Assembly (NCBI GenBank): GCA_964016885.1
Contig: OZ024743.1
Coordinates: forward strand, 151,404,001-151,468,000
DNA: 64,000 nucleotides
Direction: 5' to 3'
From: Eledone cirrhosa
Lineage: Eukaryota
Part shown: one piece after another, positions 1 through 12,863 of the stretch
How positions within the stretch are numbered: the first letter of the stretch is position 1
Layout of the letters: the number at the start of each line of letters is the position of its first letter
Notes under the pieces: generated by a model
Databases searched by the model: none
The model's input: only the letters and a program-made list of their open reading frames with translations
Told to the model about the DNA's origin: nothing
Translations under genes and position numbers: made by a program

Positions 1-2080
1 TTAGATCATCTGCGTATAGGAGTTCCCATGGGCAGCCGGTCTTGAACTCCTCTGTTATAGCCTGAAGGGCAATAATAAATAGTAGGAGGCTAAGAACAGA
101 GCCCTGATGGACACCAACTTTTACGCTAAACTCTTCACTATATTCGTTGTTAATTCTAACCTTACTGACTGTTTCTTTATACATGGCTTGTATAGCTCTC
201 ACAAGCCATTCGTCAACACCTAGTTTTCTAAGAGACCACCAGATAATGGAACGGGGGACTCTATCGAAGGCTTTCTCCAAGTCGACGAAAGCTAAGTATA
301 GGGGTTTACTTTTAGCTAGGTACTTCTCCTGTAGTTGTCGTACAATGAAAAGAGCGTCTGTGGTACTTTTGCCTGACACAAACCCGAACTGCATTTCATC
401 TAGATCAATTCTCTCTCTGATTAGTTGCGCTATTACTTTTTCCGTGACCTTCATGACCTGGTCGATTAATTTAATGCCTCTATAGTTACTCCTATCTAGG
501 GCATCTCCTTTTCCCTTATAGCAGTTAACGATGATGCTGCTACGCCATTCCTTCGGAACAACCCCATTCTGTACGACTTGGTTAACTATCCGGGTGACCA
601 TGGTGTGTCCCACCGAACCAGATGCCTTCAGCATCTCAGCAACTATTTCCGAAGGCCCAGCCGCCTTACCCGTCTTCATATCTTTGATTGCCTTACTTAT
701 TATACTCCCCTCGACTAACACTGCTGGTCCCTCTATTGGATCGATCTGGGGGAGACTGTCTTTCTCCCATTTGTTCTCCTCATTTAGAAGCCTTTCGTAG
801 TGACACTTCCAAGCTACCTTCTTATCAGCGTCGGTGATGGCAAGTATGCCATCATCGTTAAGTACACACTTCTCCCCGACAATATCACGGTTTTCCTTGA
901 CACATTGCCTGGCAATCCTGAACACCTCACGTTTTTGGTCCTCACATTGTAGAACATGCTTGAACTTTCTTTCCTCTGCTTCCCTTTTTGCGAAGTACAC
1001 TTGTCTCCTAGCTTCCCTCCTGGTCACTTGATAGCCTTCTCTACTTCCCCCATCCCGCCATACTTTCCAAGCCTACTTTTTGGCCTTAATTGACTCCTCC
1101 ACCTTACTGTTCCACCACCATGTTACTCTCCTCCTACCTACAGGCCTGCTCCAGCCACAGACTTCGTCTGCCGCCGTCAGCAGGTTTGCTCTCAGGAATT
1201 CCCACTGTTCCTCTATATTATACGACTCTAATTGCTCTTCCTTACTGTCGAAAGCGTCAAGTAATATGCTTTGAAATTTATTTCTGGCTATGGGGTCCTT
1301 TAGCTTCCATATTTTTCTCCTGAGGATAGTCCTCTTCCGCTGTCTAGTACGTCTCGTCCTGACTATGAGGTCGCTAATTATCAGTCTATGTTGGGAGGTG
1401 AATTCTTCATGGGGGTGGGATTTAGTGTTAACAACAGACACTCTGTCACGTCTTCTGGTAAGGATATAATCTACCTGGCTTGTGTGTTCCCCCGATCTAT
1501 AGGTGATCAAGTGATTGTCTCGTTTTTTGAAGTTAGTGTTACAGATAGTTAAGTTATTTGCGTCGCAGAATTCCAGGATTCTGGAGCCTTCCTCATTTCT
1601 AGTACCGAACCCATAGCCTCCGTGGATTCCGTCATAGCCGTCACAATGTTGTCCAACGTGACCATTTAGGTCGCCTGCAATAACTATATAGTCACTGTCG
1701 GTTATTTGGGAGGTAGCGAGCATCAGTGTCTCGTAGAATCTGTCTTTTATAGCGCCGGGCAGTCCGGATTGGGGTGCGTACGCAGATATTACTGTCACCG
1801 TAGTTTTATTGAGGACAAGTCTTATTTTAATTATTCTGTCGTTCACTCTATTTACGTCTATTATCTTATCTGCCCACTTTTCTGCTACCATGATTCCTAC
1901 CCCACCCAACCCATTGTCATTTCCCACCCAGAAAAGCTTATAGCATCGTTCTTTACCCACGATGAATCTAGCCGACCCTCCCCTCCACCTGGTCTCTTGA
2001 ATACAACAAACATCGACCTCCTTACGTTCAAGCATTTCTACAACCTCGTTAGAGCGACCCTTTAAGGTGCCTACATTCAT
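1..2080 (-). pseudogene. RTE APE+RT ORF interrupted by one in-frame TAG (1073-1075)
   Basis: ORF 1073..2080 is the APE domain. Reading on past the TAG gives AWKVWRDGGSREGY...LLYADDL, and the YADD codons are in the same frame as the ATG at 2080. Confidence 0.9.
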
Positions 2081-2930
2081 GGTACCAACTCTGAAGTTTT
2101 GGATTGCGTTTGGAGGGTGGGAGCGGTGGAGGATGGGGTTATGTTAGCCATCCTGGGCCGAAACAAGGAGGAGTGCTTGCATTCTCGTCCACGAGGTGAA
2201 TTTGGCTTTATCTTTGGCATTGTCGCTGAGCGTCCACATTTTTCTCTCTTCAACTCTCCAGAATTCCGTAGTCCATCCATCATATCGAAAAGCAACCAGT
2301 TGAGCGATAGTATGGGCCTCTGACTTATGATTGGTCCACGTAATAATGGTGGTGCGTGGGGGCGGGAGGGAGGGATGATGGGTTGTTAGCGAGAATGTAA
2401 GGTTTAAGATAAGATCGCCGTATTTTGGGCATAATTTAACAATAAACGAAAATACAAGATTTGTTTTGTTTAAGAAAATACGATAGAGAAAATGCGGTGA
2501 TAGGGAAAATATGATTTTTAGAGAAAAGATATGATATAGAATGGTGAAAATATGATATAGTGTGAAATTAGGACATAGAAGTGATTGAATGAATGGGTTC
2601 GAATGGAGAGAAGAATCGAGAAAAATTTGAACGTTACTTTATACCGAAGGAACCGAAGGGAACAGCCATCCCAGAAATAGCGAGTTGGCGATTTTGATTA
2701 ATTTTGGTAGGGTTTTATCTTATATGTATAGAGAGGGAGGGGGGGGGGGCAGGAACCAGCATGATGTATGGGTAGGGGGTAGAAGATGGGATGGAGCAGA
2801 GGTTAAGAGTTTAAATAGGTACTCGAAGTTTTGCGTAAAACTTAGCAAGTTTAACAAAATATATTTAAAGGAATATATAATAGTGATTTGTTTTGATATG
2901 AAAATAGCGAGAATGTAAGGTTTAAGATAT
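1..2930 (-). mobile_element. RTE-clade non-LTR retrotransposon, young copy running off the left edge
   Basis: APE endonuclease (NVGTL, IQETRW, YAPQ, GDLNGH, DYIL, SQHR) followed in the same frame by RT motifs (NYRGIKL, QFGF, FVDLEKAFD, GVHQGS, LLYADDL at 2-22). The 5' limit is inferred from composition and a 25-bp direct repeat (2387-2411 and 2905-2929). Confidence 0.93.
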
Positions 2931-4279
2931 TTACAATTATATATCTACAATTATATATCTCTATATATATATCTCAATTATATATCTACAATTATATATC
3001 TCCAATAGTAACATATACTCAAAATTACTGTTCTGATTATATATTCATTTGTGATGCCTGGAAAAGTTAGTCCATACTCAGGCTTTACATGAATTACATT
3101 ATCAAAAGTGAAACTATTTACCATAATGAATATGATGTAAGAATAGTAAACAGAATTCTCTTCAATGTCTTAAAGTGATAAACTAACTAAACAAATGTTC
3201 TTCATTGGTTGTTCAACAGACACAACATAAATATGAGCTTCAGTATGCCAAAACTCTTGAACATAATAATCTAATGCCATGCAAACTTCCCACAAACAGA
3301 CAAGATATTCAAGGGTATATTCTTCTACTACTACTCCACAAAAAGTATGCTGTCACCAAAGAAGCAAGCATAATCTACTCAGTTGGCATAGAAACTATTT
3401 AATTTCTAACCTCTATATAACCTCCCTTTATAATTTCACAGCAACATTCTGACATCATTTGTTCTGTCATCACTTTATGGAACAGAGCATTGTGCTATCA
3501 ACATTTATTTGGAAGACTCAATATAAAGGAAATACAGTAATTATAAAATAGTCAATGTTAAATTGACCAAGCTGATTCATAATAGGATTGAAGAAATATG
3601 ATGTTTCCATCATAGAGAAACTTGAAGGGGAAATTTATCAGTTCATTAGAATGGAAAGGTTGTAAAGGGCAAAGTATTCTTTAATGAATGAGACAAAATA
3701 TTTAATGCTGTCATCTTTTACTACAAGACATTAAGCTTGTGAATTGGAATGCTTAAGAGGAAAATGATCAAATTTGTTCATGTTAAAACTTCATTGAAAT
3801 TTAGTTTCACTACTAAACAGTAATAGTCTCTTTATGAATATGAAAACAATGACTAAGCACAGAAGATATTATTTAGTTCTTTTGACATCAAATAAAGTAA
3901 ATGGGAAAAAAATAACTTTGAAGATGAAAACATTATATGAACTAGCAAAAAGTTATGAAGGGCAGTGATATTGAGATAGTTTGGAGACATCAAGGTTTGG
4001 AATATAAATTTAATACTTTATACAATATTAACGTTTTTTTTTTTACTTTGAAGATGGAAAATATTAATTGTATTCTATTTTATAACCTATACAGACCATT
4101 ATTTATGCTAATTTACAAAACGCCTTAAAAATATCAATATATTGCACATAAATTCTAATAGTTAATCTGAAAAATTCTTTGTTAGGTTTTTGGAAAGCTA
4201 CAAGTAAACTTTACCCTAAGAGTCAACGTTTTCTTTTATATAACCAAGAGTCTAAACTAATTAAATCAGTTTCAAAATG

Positions 4280-4510
4280 ATATACAACTCTCCAAATATC
4301 AGTTGCTCTCTGACAGGTTTGCAGTCGAGCTTGTGGCAGTGGAAACTTCTGGTGTCCTTGACCCTAGGGCCACCTCCCTCTTCACCACCATCGGCACAGA
4401 GTTGGATACCTGCAGGTGTGAGCCTCACAAGCTGGTATGGCTCTTCCTGCATATCTCCCTCACCATCCTTCACAGAAATGCCTTCTCTATTCTGTCGGCC
4501 GGGGCCGTGG
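4280..4510 (+). mobile_element. Decayed C-terminal restriction-like endonuclease (RLE) fragment of a CRE-like non-LTR retrotransposon
   Basis: GC-rich island translating as SKYQLLSDRFAVELVAVETSGVLDP...IG...EP...WLF...SLTILHRNAFSIL. This resembles the KY...F.P.AVET.G...QRLS.AI.RGNA..I C-terminus of CRE-clade elements. Confidence 0.7.
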
Positions 4511-4891
4511 GCCCCCATTTTCTCATAAAAGTGAGAGACGGAGGCAGTGACAGTGGGAGCTTGGTTCCTTTGTGTTTGGACCTGGTGTATATATATATGT
4601 TTCACAGACATATACAACTTATGTAAAAGTTTGGTTCTAAATAATAATTAAAACAATGAAATTAGGGACAACTGAGGGCTAGCAAACTGGTTATATTTCT
4701 TTAAACTGAGAAACTTTATGCTGAAACTTTCAAGATGATAAGAAATACAAATCTTCATCTTTATTTTATTGTCTACAGTAACCTATATTTTTCTTAGCTT
4801 GTTTCTCTATAAATAAACACCCTGTTTCCAATTCACTGTGAAGTGGTTGCTGCAAAGGACATCCAGCTGCAAAACACCTGATCTAAACAAA

Positions 4892-4893
<2 letters not shown>

Positions 4894-4943
<50 letters not shown>
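4894..4943. repeat. (GT)n microsatellite
   Basis: Read directly from the sequence. Confidence 0.98.
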
Positions 4944-4945
<2 letters not shown>

Positions 4946-7481
4946 ATATACATATGCCTGTATAATTTCTGTGAAGGCTTTCCATCAACCTAGATGTGTA
5001 ATTTTAAATACATAAACATTTAACATGGTGTTTTTTCTATTCTATCACAAGAAGTTGAGTAATGTCAAGTATAGTTGGTAATGAGATGTTTTGGAATCTA
5101 ACCAGATGATGAAATAATACAGAAACAAATGGAATCTAGCCATCCACATACATATATAAAGATGGAGATTCTAAACTCAAATATATTCCATATTTTTATC
5201 TGAAAATCAATAAAATAGGTATCCTTAATACAATAGAGTGAATTTAAAGGGTAATATTTTCAACTCTGCTAGAAGGAATTATTCCTGTGTATAATGGCTT
5301 TACTGCTGATACTTCCTTTTATGGCCATTGCTCTACTACATATTTTACTTCTAATCTTTCAACCCTAACATATAAATACTGAATGACCATTTCTTTCCTT
5401 ACATAATTGTTATCTTTCTTCTTATTACTTAACATTGCTAACAATATAACTCCTCTGTATTTCTTTCCTTTATAATATATTGATTCTTGTTATACTGAGT
5501 TTTTTGGCCTTCATCTCTCCTCATTTCACTTTCATTTATTTTTACATCCCTCTATTTTTACCGTTTTCCTTTCAGTGAACCCATTTTAATGCTTTCTTAT
5601 AAGCAGTAATCTCAGTTGGTGATTTATTTAATCAACCTCATAAGAGATAGTTGAGATTCTTCATGGAGTGAGGAAAACAGCACTTTTCTGAGAATAGCTA
5701 CCAGAAATAGAGCTGATACACCACAGGGTATCATGGAAAATACACTGTACCAACTGTCACTGTTGTTGCTACTGGATAGAACACAGTCATTAAAAAAAAT
5801 ACTACTGTAATATTTGTCCAACCCATGCCAGCATAGAAAAACTATGTGTTTGGATGCTTGTACAGTGTATGTATGCTTGTGTCAGTATGTATGTGTATAT
5901 TAGCTAATTGAATACAATCTGTAAAGTCTATTAACTGATTTATCTTTTAGCTTTTTCTTGAATACAAAATAACAAGCAAAAAACAGTGTCACTGAAGAAA
6001 TGAAAGGAATGCTTATATTGCAGAATGAAGGTTTTGTTCTTATGACCATCTTCAGGATTACAAGAGTTTTATTTTTCTAATTAAGGCAGAAACTAATTGG
6101 GGAATGTCAAGTTAGCAGCAGGATGGTTGAAGATTGCTAAAGTGAAATATATTTAGGATAATGTCAGAAACTGATTAAGTGAAAGATGTAGAACTAGATT
6201 ATAGTTACTTGGTGCAAGAAACCTACGTTGATAAAATTTATATGAAACACTGATTGCCTTGGTTGGTAAAACCTTTTATTGTGCATAATTAACTATAATT
6301 AAATGCTCATTAATGTGGATAATATAGGCAATGTATTATTTCTTCTGACATTTTAACATAGTATACTGGGTGTATAATAACTATAGTGTTGTAAAAGGAA
6401 TTGGGTTTTAGGGAAATAAAATAGAATATTCCCTAGGCTGAAATACATAAAATGTGTCTAAGATGATAAACAATGAATCATAAGCCAACAAAGGAGCTTG
6501 TGTACAATTTTACCTGTTGGAAACAGTAGCTACATCTCCCTACTATCATACGTTATCTTAAAAAAAAGAAGGTCAGAGTGGACATATAGTCTTAATTACA
6601 TTTTCTGAATAAAAGACAGGATGGTTATAGCTGGAACATCTTGATTATAGGTCTGTTTGAGCAGAATTTACCTGTGGCTAAACACCAATAAAAATTCAGT
6701 GTTGGTTGTTGTTCTAGTTTATACTTCAGTGATGCCTGATCAAGAAAATCTATGATCAAAGGAGTTTCAGTTATGCTCATTTGTTTTGTTTTCAGATATT
6801 GTGTAACTAGAAATATATTATAGATGTGATTCCTTTCTTAAAATATTAGGGGGAAATTGTTTTGTTTTTTCCAGTCGACAATATAATAAACATAAACATT
6901 TATAATAAACACAAACTTAACTGAAATGGTTTGTCTAATTTACATAATGTACATAAATTAAATAAATATTTATGCACAAGACAGTGTATATTAGTAATAT
7001 TCCTAAAATATTCATCCAAATTTCACAAATGAGGTATCAAAATGTTTATTTTTGAATGATCTCCAAAATATTCTCAAAAGTTCAGTGACACCTAATATTA
7101 CAAAAGATAAATTTAATTATAATTCATAAACCTTGCTGTGAAAATTTAAATAAATTTGAAACCATTGTTATTCTCTTCATCCACAGAAAGCCTTAACATG
7201 TTTCACAGTTAATTGGCTGTTCAGCAAAAGACAAATATCTTCATCCTTCTGTTCATAGAGATAATTATACACCATACATTTTTGGCTGTGCAACAAGCAT
7301 TACACTGTTAAACTTTTCTTGATTAACAATTCAAAACAAAAATAAACCTTAAGCATAATTTCATGCTCAACTATATATTCCAAGTATCATACAAACTGTA
7401 CACATATACTTATTTGATTCCTTCAATCAAAAGAAGAAACCAATGAACACATGGATTCCGTACTTCAAGGATGTTACTTGC

Positions 7482-7483
<2 letters not shown>

Positions 7484-7527
<44 letters not shown>

Positions 7528-7538
7528 GAGAGAGAGAG
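7484..7538. repeat. (AG)n microsatellite
   Basis: Read directly from the sequence. Confidence 0.98.
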
Positions 7539-8369
7539 CAGGCGTGTGTGTGTATGAGAAACAGAAAAGCAGGGAGAATAGAGTAGTGCTTATACACATA
7601 CATTTACTATTGATTAACATGGTATATGGTGAATGAGTATGAAAAAAAATCAGATGTTAAGCTGATATTGCAAAATATAAATTTATAAAAAGTAAACTAG
7701 TTTCCATGGAGCAAAAAACCTAAAACTAGTTTCCATGGAGCAAAAAACCTAAAACAAAACAAAAGAATAAAATATAATCTCATAACATCAATGAGAAGAT
7801 AGATGTAGCTGAAAATGTTACCAAAGATAGAGATATGTAAATGTATTTCGTTGTGGGGGAATTATTACAGGGAAGAAGTTTAATTTATTAATCCAAAACT
7901 CCCTTGAAACTATATAATTTTACAAAACGTAGTGAAGCTTTATCTGCTGATAGATACATTTTCTGCTTCAAGGTAAACTAAACTGGTCTGAATTAATCTA
8001 TAAATCCTTTGTATGTTTATAAGAAAATGCTATATTGATTTTTCTTGGCAACACAATTATTTGCTGGAAATGCAAGTGTGTATGAGTTTGATATTTCCTG
8101 GTAAGAAATGCATTTTTCGTTTACAATAACAAATTGAGAATATATCAGAATGTAATAACGGAGTGACGAATGGATTCAGAGGGAAAATATTTTGAGTTAT
8201 CTTTATTCAATCTATGTAATAACATATGTAAAATTATCAGATCCATTTTAATACAAAACGTTTCGTTGTAAGAGAATCTTTGAGGATGCACTTTACACTA
8301 TAAAAGGAAAGAGAGATGTTACAAAATTAGTGAAGCATCCTAAATAAAGACCTGTATCTTAAATATATT

Positions 8370-8400
<31 letters not shown>

Positions 8401-8602
8401 ATATAAAGGACACTTACCCAAGATGCCAGGTAATGGCATCTTGGATCATTGTTTTTCACATTTGTCTTGGGTTGACCCAAGCATTGTGAGTGAAACTGGA
8501 TAGACAGAAACTGTGTAGAAACCTGTTGAATGAGCTGTATGTGAAATTCAATGTTGAGCCATGTCACAGTATTATGAAGATTCGTCTTTAAAATTACATT
8601 AA

Positions 8603-8823
8603 CCCTTTAGCATTTATACCAGCTACATCTGGCCAGAATTCTCTCACATCTTTCTGTTCAAACCAACTGTAACCAGCCACGCATACTGATGTTAAGATAT
8701 TGTTCTCAAAAGAAATAATATCAAAATCTCATAGAATCGATATTATGTGAGATAATTATGTGAAATAAAGTATTTACCGTGAAAATAGAATAATAAATAT
8801 ATAGTAATGTAAATGCTCATGGG
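8603..8823. mobile_element. piggyBac-type MITE, copy 1
   Basis: TTAA|CCCTTTAGCATTTA ... TAAATGCTCATGGG|TTAA. TTAA on both sides, CCC/GGG termini, and internal sequence shared with the copies at 19.9, 20.7 and 33.4 kb. Confidence 0.85.
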
Positions 8824-10239
8824 TTAAAGGTAGATATGATTGAAATACTCAGCCACTTAGATGCTAATTCACTAAATGTGGATTTCAGTTGATTGACCTC
8901 CCATATGCCATTCAATGGGATAGTCCATTATATAAATATGTGTGTGTGCCCAGTTTTGAATAGGTACACCATATCCCTGTATGTCATACGAAGCAACAAA
9001 AAAGATTAGTGTCAGGAAAGGCTGTAAAACATTGCCTCAAAAATTCTGTCAAACCCATGCCAGCATGGACAAATTGACATAAAAACAATGATAATGATGA
9101 CTGCACACACCCACACATAAGACAGATAGATGGATGAATAGGTGGATAGAAGGAGTAGTGTAGAAAAATATTTCACAAAGTTAATAAGTGAACAATGTAT
9201 TTACTGTCAAGTGGGTAATATCATCTGAACATATTTTCTTGACAATAAACGAAATTTCCCATTTATGATATTCATGATTTTAAATGACTATAAAACATTT
9301 CCAATTATCTAACTATATGTGCTTATTTCTCAAACTGCTTTAAGCAGTACATTTTGTGATATTACATGGCACATTTACTTATCTAATCATATAACAGCTC
9401 TTATCTGAAAATAAATTAACTTCCAAAGGTTTTAGATGGTATTTCCACTGTAACATTATCACGCCACCCCAGGAATAGGAAAATATGAATATGATCTAGA
9501 ACTATAACCAATGTTGATATAATCTTCATTTCATAACTCTTCAACTCAAGCAGTATGTCATCTTACAGCTACCTATTCAATGATAGAGCTATTAATCCTA
9601 AGATAGGACAAACGATAGGAGTGAATATAAAGACATAATAAACATTTGTCTAACATCTGTATTTGTCATATTTCAAACAAGATGGAGAAAGTGTTTCAGA
9701 GAAATCTATATTAAGAAACATAAAATGTTCATAGATCAATATAATTTACATTTATTGAAAAATTTCTCTTTCTAATTAAAGGCCAAACAATAAAATAAAA
9801 CTGATTGTCTAATGTACGATTATAGAGAGGAATACGGGAGTAGAGTAAGAGAAAATAAATTTAAAAGAAATAATAAAATATATGTTGTAAAAGATTTGGA
9901 AACATAAAATCCTTAATAATCTTATCATTAATTTCACATTAGGCCTGAAACTTCTCTAATACAGAAACTGCAATTCAATATTATCTATAGAAAATCTCTA
10001 AGATAATCATGTTATAAAGTACATTTTGATGATGATGATATTGTTGCTACAGCTACCACTACTATATTGTTTATCTTTGTTGAATCTGTAATACTGCATC
10101 ATTCCATATGTTTCAATCCTTCTTTCTTTTTCGTTGTCCACTTGTTCCTGAGAGGGTCATAGGGGCAGAGTCCTGAAGTACACCTGTCAGAAGCAACCAT
10201 CTCCAATTGCAAACCAACATTATATATTGCCAGAGAAAT

Positions 10240-10445
10240 AATGATTTCTAAATTAAGTACACGGCCAGCAATTTGTGGGGAAGGAGAAGTCGATTGAATT
10301 AATCCTGGTACAGGATTGGTACTTTATTTTATGCACCCAGAAGAAAAAAAGACGAAGTTGACTGTAGCGGGATTTAACTGCAGGACAAAGAGCCAGAACA
10401 AATACTGTTATGCATTTGTTCGACATTTTAACAATTCTGAAAATC
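10240..10445 (-). mobile_element. Decayed tRNA-derived SINE
   Basis: Shares ggccagcaa...tggtactttatttt...gcgggattt blocks with the intact SINE at 56776-56958. Confidence 0.6.
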
Positions 10446-10504
10446 AAGAAAGAAATATGCAAAAACAAAGCAAGATACCCAGACTACAAACACTGCAAGT
10501 TTCA

Positions 10505-11379
10505 AGAAAGAGTATCCATAGAGTGAACATAGCTAAGACAAAAAGTGTTGATAAGTAGAAGAGAGGACAATACTCCGATTCCATCAGGGAAATGGCCATG
10601 TTTGATATGTAGGAAAGGAACTGGCATAAATTCCATAAAATGTATGCAATGCAGATCTTGGGAACACAAAAGATGTAGTGGGATAGCAGGCAAACTAACA
10701 GGTAGGGAAAACTACGTATGCAGTAGATGTACAGGGAAAGTTGGCAGTATTAATCGCAGTGATAGATACATTTTTCCAATGCAGGTGGGTTCTATAGAAG
10801 TGGTTGATAGCTTCTGGTACCTAGGTGATCAGATTAGCATGGCAGAGGGTGTTCTGAGGCCATAGTATCTAGAATAAGGACGGGTTGGAAGAAGTTTAGG
10901 GAGCTGTTTCCTTTGTTGACAAAGAAGGGTTTCTCCCTGCATACGAAAGGACGGTTATATGATGCCTGTGTGAGATGCGCGATGATGCATGGTAGTGAGA
11001 CATGGGCGGCAACTGCAGAGGATATGCGACGGCTGGAAAGAAATGAACCAAGTATGCTCTGTTGGATGTGCAATGTCAATGTGCGTGAACGACCAAGCAT
11101 GGACGAGTTGAGAAAGAAACTGGGTATAAGAAGGATAAGTTGTGGTGTGCAGGAGAGAAGGCTGAGAGGGTATGGATGGACATGTGATGCGCATGGAGGA
11201 TGACCGCTGGGTAAAGAAGTGCCAAGAAATCCCAGTAGAAGGAAGTCACAGAAGAGGTAGACCACGTAAAACATGGGCGGAGGTGGTGAGAGCAGACCTC
11301 AGATCGCTGAAACTGACCGAGGAGATGACAAGTGGAGATGCTGAATAGGGAAAAGCAGAGGTAAAATGATGATGATGAT
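10505..11379 (+). mobile_element. 5'-truncated RTE LINE (family A), 3' part
   Basis: VNIAKTKVL, a Cys/His finger, LYDACVRCAMMHGSETW and GRPRKTW, ending in an aaatgatgatgatgata tail. Highly similar to 53450-54299 and 62010-62838. Confidence 0.93.
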
Positions 11380-11698
11380 ATACATCAGCATATATACACA
11401 CTATTGGATGGCTGTTGACTTATGACAGTGTCCAAATATCCCCCCCACCTCACTAAGAGGGTTTTGTGGAGTTGTAGATTGAGTTGCTGGAGAGCAACCA
11501 TGCAACAGGTTGTAGTGAATTCTTATATGCGGGGGTGGGGGAATCAGTAATTGTATAGTGCACGTTCGTAAATACAGGATTTCTTGTAATGTTTTTTTTG
11601 TCATATATGTTTTTTAATCATCATCGATTAACGTAAAAAAATCTGAAAAATTATTAAGTGCAGGGGGAAGGGGCGGGACAATTATTCAAGACCTGAGA

Positions 11699-11699
<1 letters not shown>

Positions 11700-11772
<73 letters not shown>
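11700..11772. repeat. (TA)n microsatellite
   Basis: Read directly from the sequence. Confidence 0.98.
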
Positions 11773-12060
11773 TGTGGAGAGTGGTGATAGATATTCTCTT
11801 TGAAATAACACCAGAATATTAAAATGATTTGCAAATATTACTTTGAATAAAAATATGACTTTCATATTTACTATCCAATAAAAAATGTTTAAACTCCAAT
11901 ATCATGCTACCTATTTACAGGTGTATTACCTCTTTCTTACGTAGCTAATATAGTCCATTCTGCTAAAGTTAAAGCTAGCAAAACTTAGAAAAGATGCATA
12001 ATATACCTTACCCCCAACCCCGATACTAATGCACTGCTACAGGCCAGCAGATTATATAAA

Positions 12061-12400
12061 TCATCATCATCATCATTATAACGTCCTTTTTCCTTGCTAG
12101 CAATGGTTTGACGGGTCTACATAGATCAAGTCAGTACTGAAGTGGTGCTACAGATTTCCCAGACAGGCCAGGGATCTACATCTTGCTTATGTATTGTCTC
12201 ACCTACTGAGTACACAGGAGAGCTTGTTATGTCTTTGACACAACTGAAGGTCCTCCAACCCTTTGTTTGGTGAGCTTTCTTCGAATGGATGCCTCTCCTA
12301 TCAACAACCAATTGATAGCGTGTACTGGGTGTTTATCATGTATATCACCAAACACTAAGGAGGCTGTCATGTCTTTGACAACACTGAAGGGTCCTCCAAG
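12061..12400 (-). mobile_element. Non-autonomous RTE-related element (SINE-like)
   Basis: (CAT)n tail with the RTE-type terminal hairpin region (aacgtcc...ttgctagcaatgg) and ggatgcc...gtactgggtg blocks shared with 49618-49872 and 54360-54610. Confidence 0.65.
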
Positions 12401-12863
12401 TTGTAATTAGTGAAAATCCAAAATTTTAGAGCAACTTAAATCTGGACGAGTTATGATATATATAATCAATTTACACAACAAAGAATACAAAGAATTCATA
12501 AATAATAGGACGCGAGTTTTAATGACTGGATTTAGTCATCTCATCGGTATTTAATTTTGAAAATAATAGCTGCTTCCGGGTGAAAGAAAAAAATTATAGT
12601 AATTGAAGGAGATAAAAGTTTAGAGATAGTAGGTAAAGTTAATTAAGTAAGTTAATATTAAGAAGGGGAAGTAACTTAATAATAATATTATAAATATGGT
12701 AAACAGAACAATAGTTCTACAATCTATATATAATATAAAAGAGAAACGTTTCTCAGCTGGTTGGTTGGCTGGTTTAATCACACGTAAACTACACACATAT
12801 TGTTATACTTTGGTAGGGTCATGCTGCCAATAAAAACACATGCACCTGTGGTTTTCACTTTAA

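Noticed and set aside
147-2065. Plus-strand ORFs over the left RTE, and similar antisense ORFs over the other RTE copies
   Set aside because: They are shadow frames antisense to retrotransposon coding sequence, with no independent evidence of being genes.
7694-7755. 29-bp tandem duplication
   Set aside because: An ordinary local slippage duplication with no associated structure.
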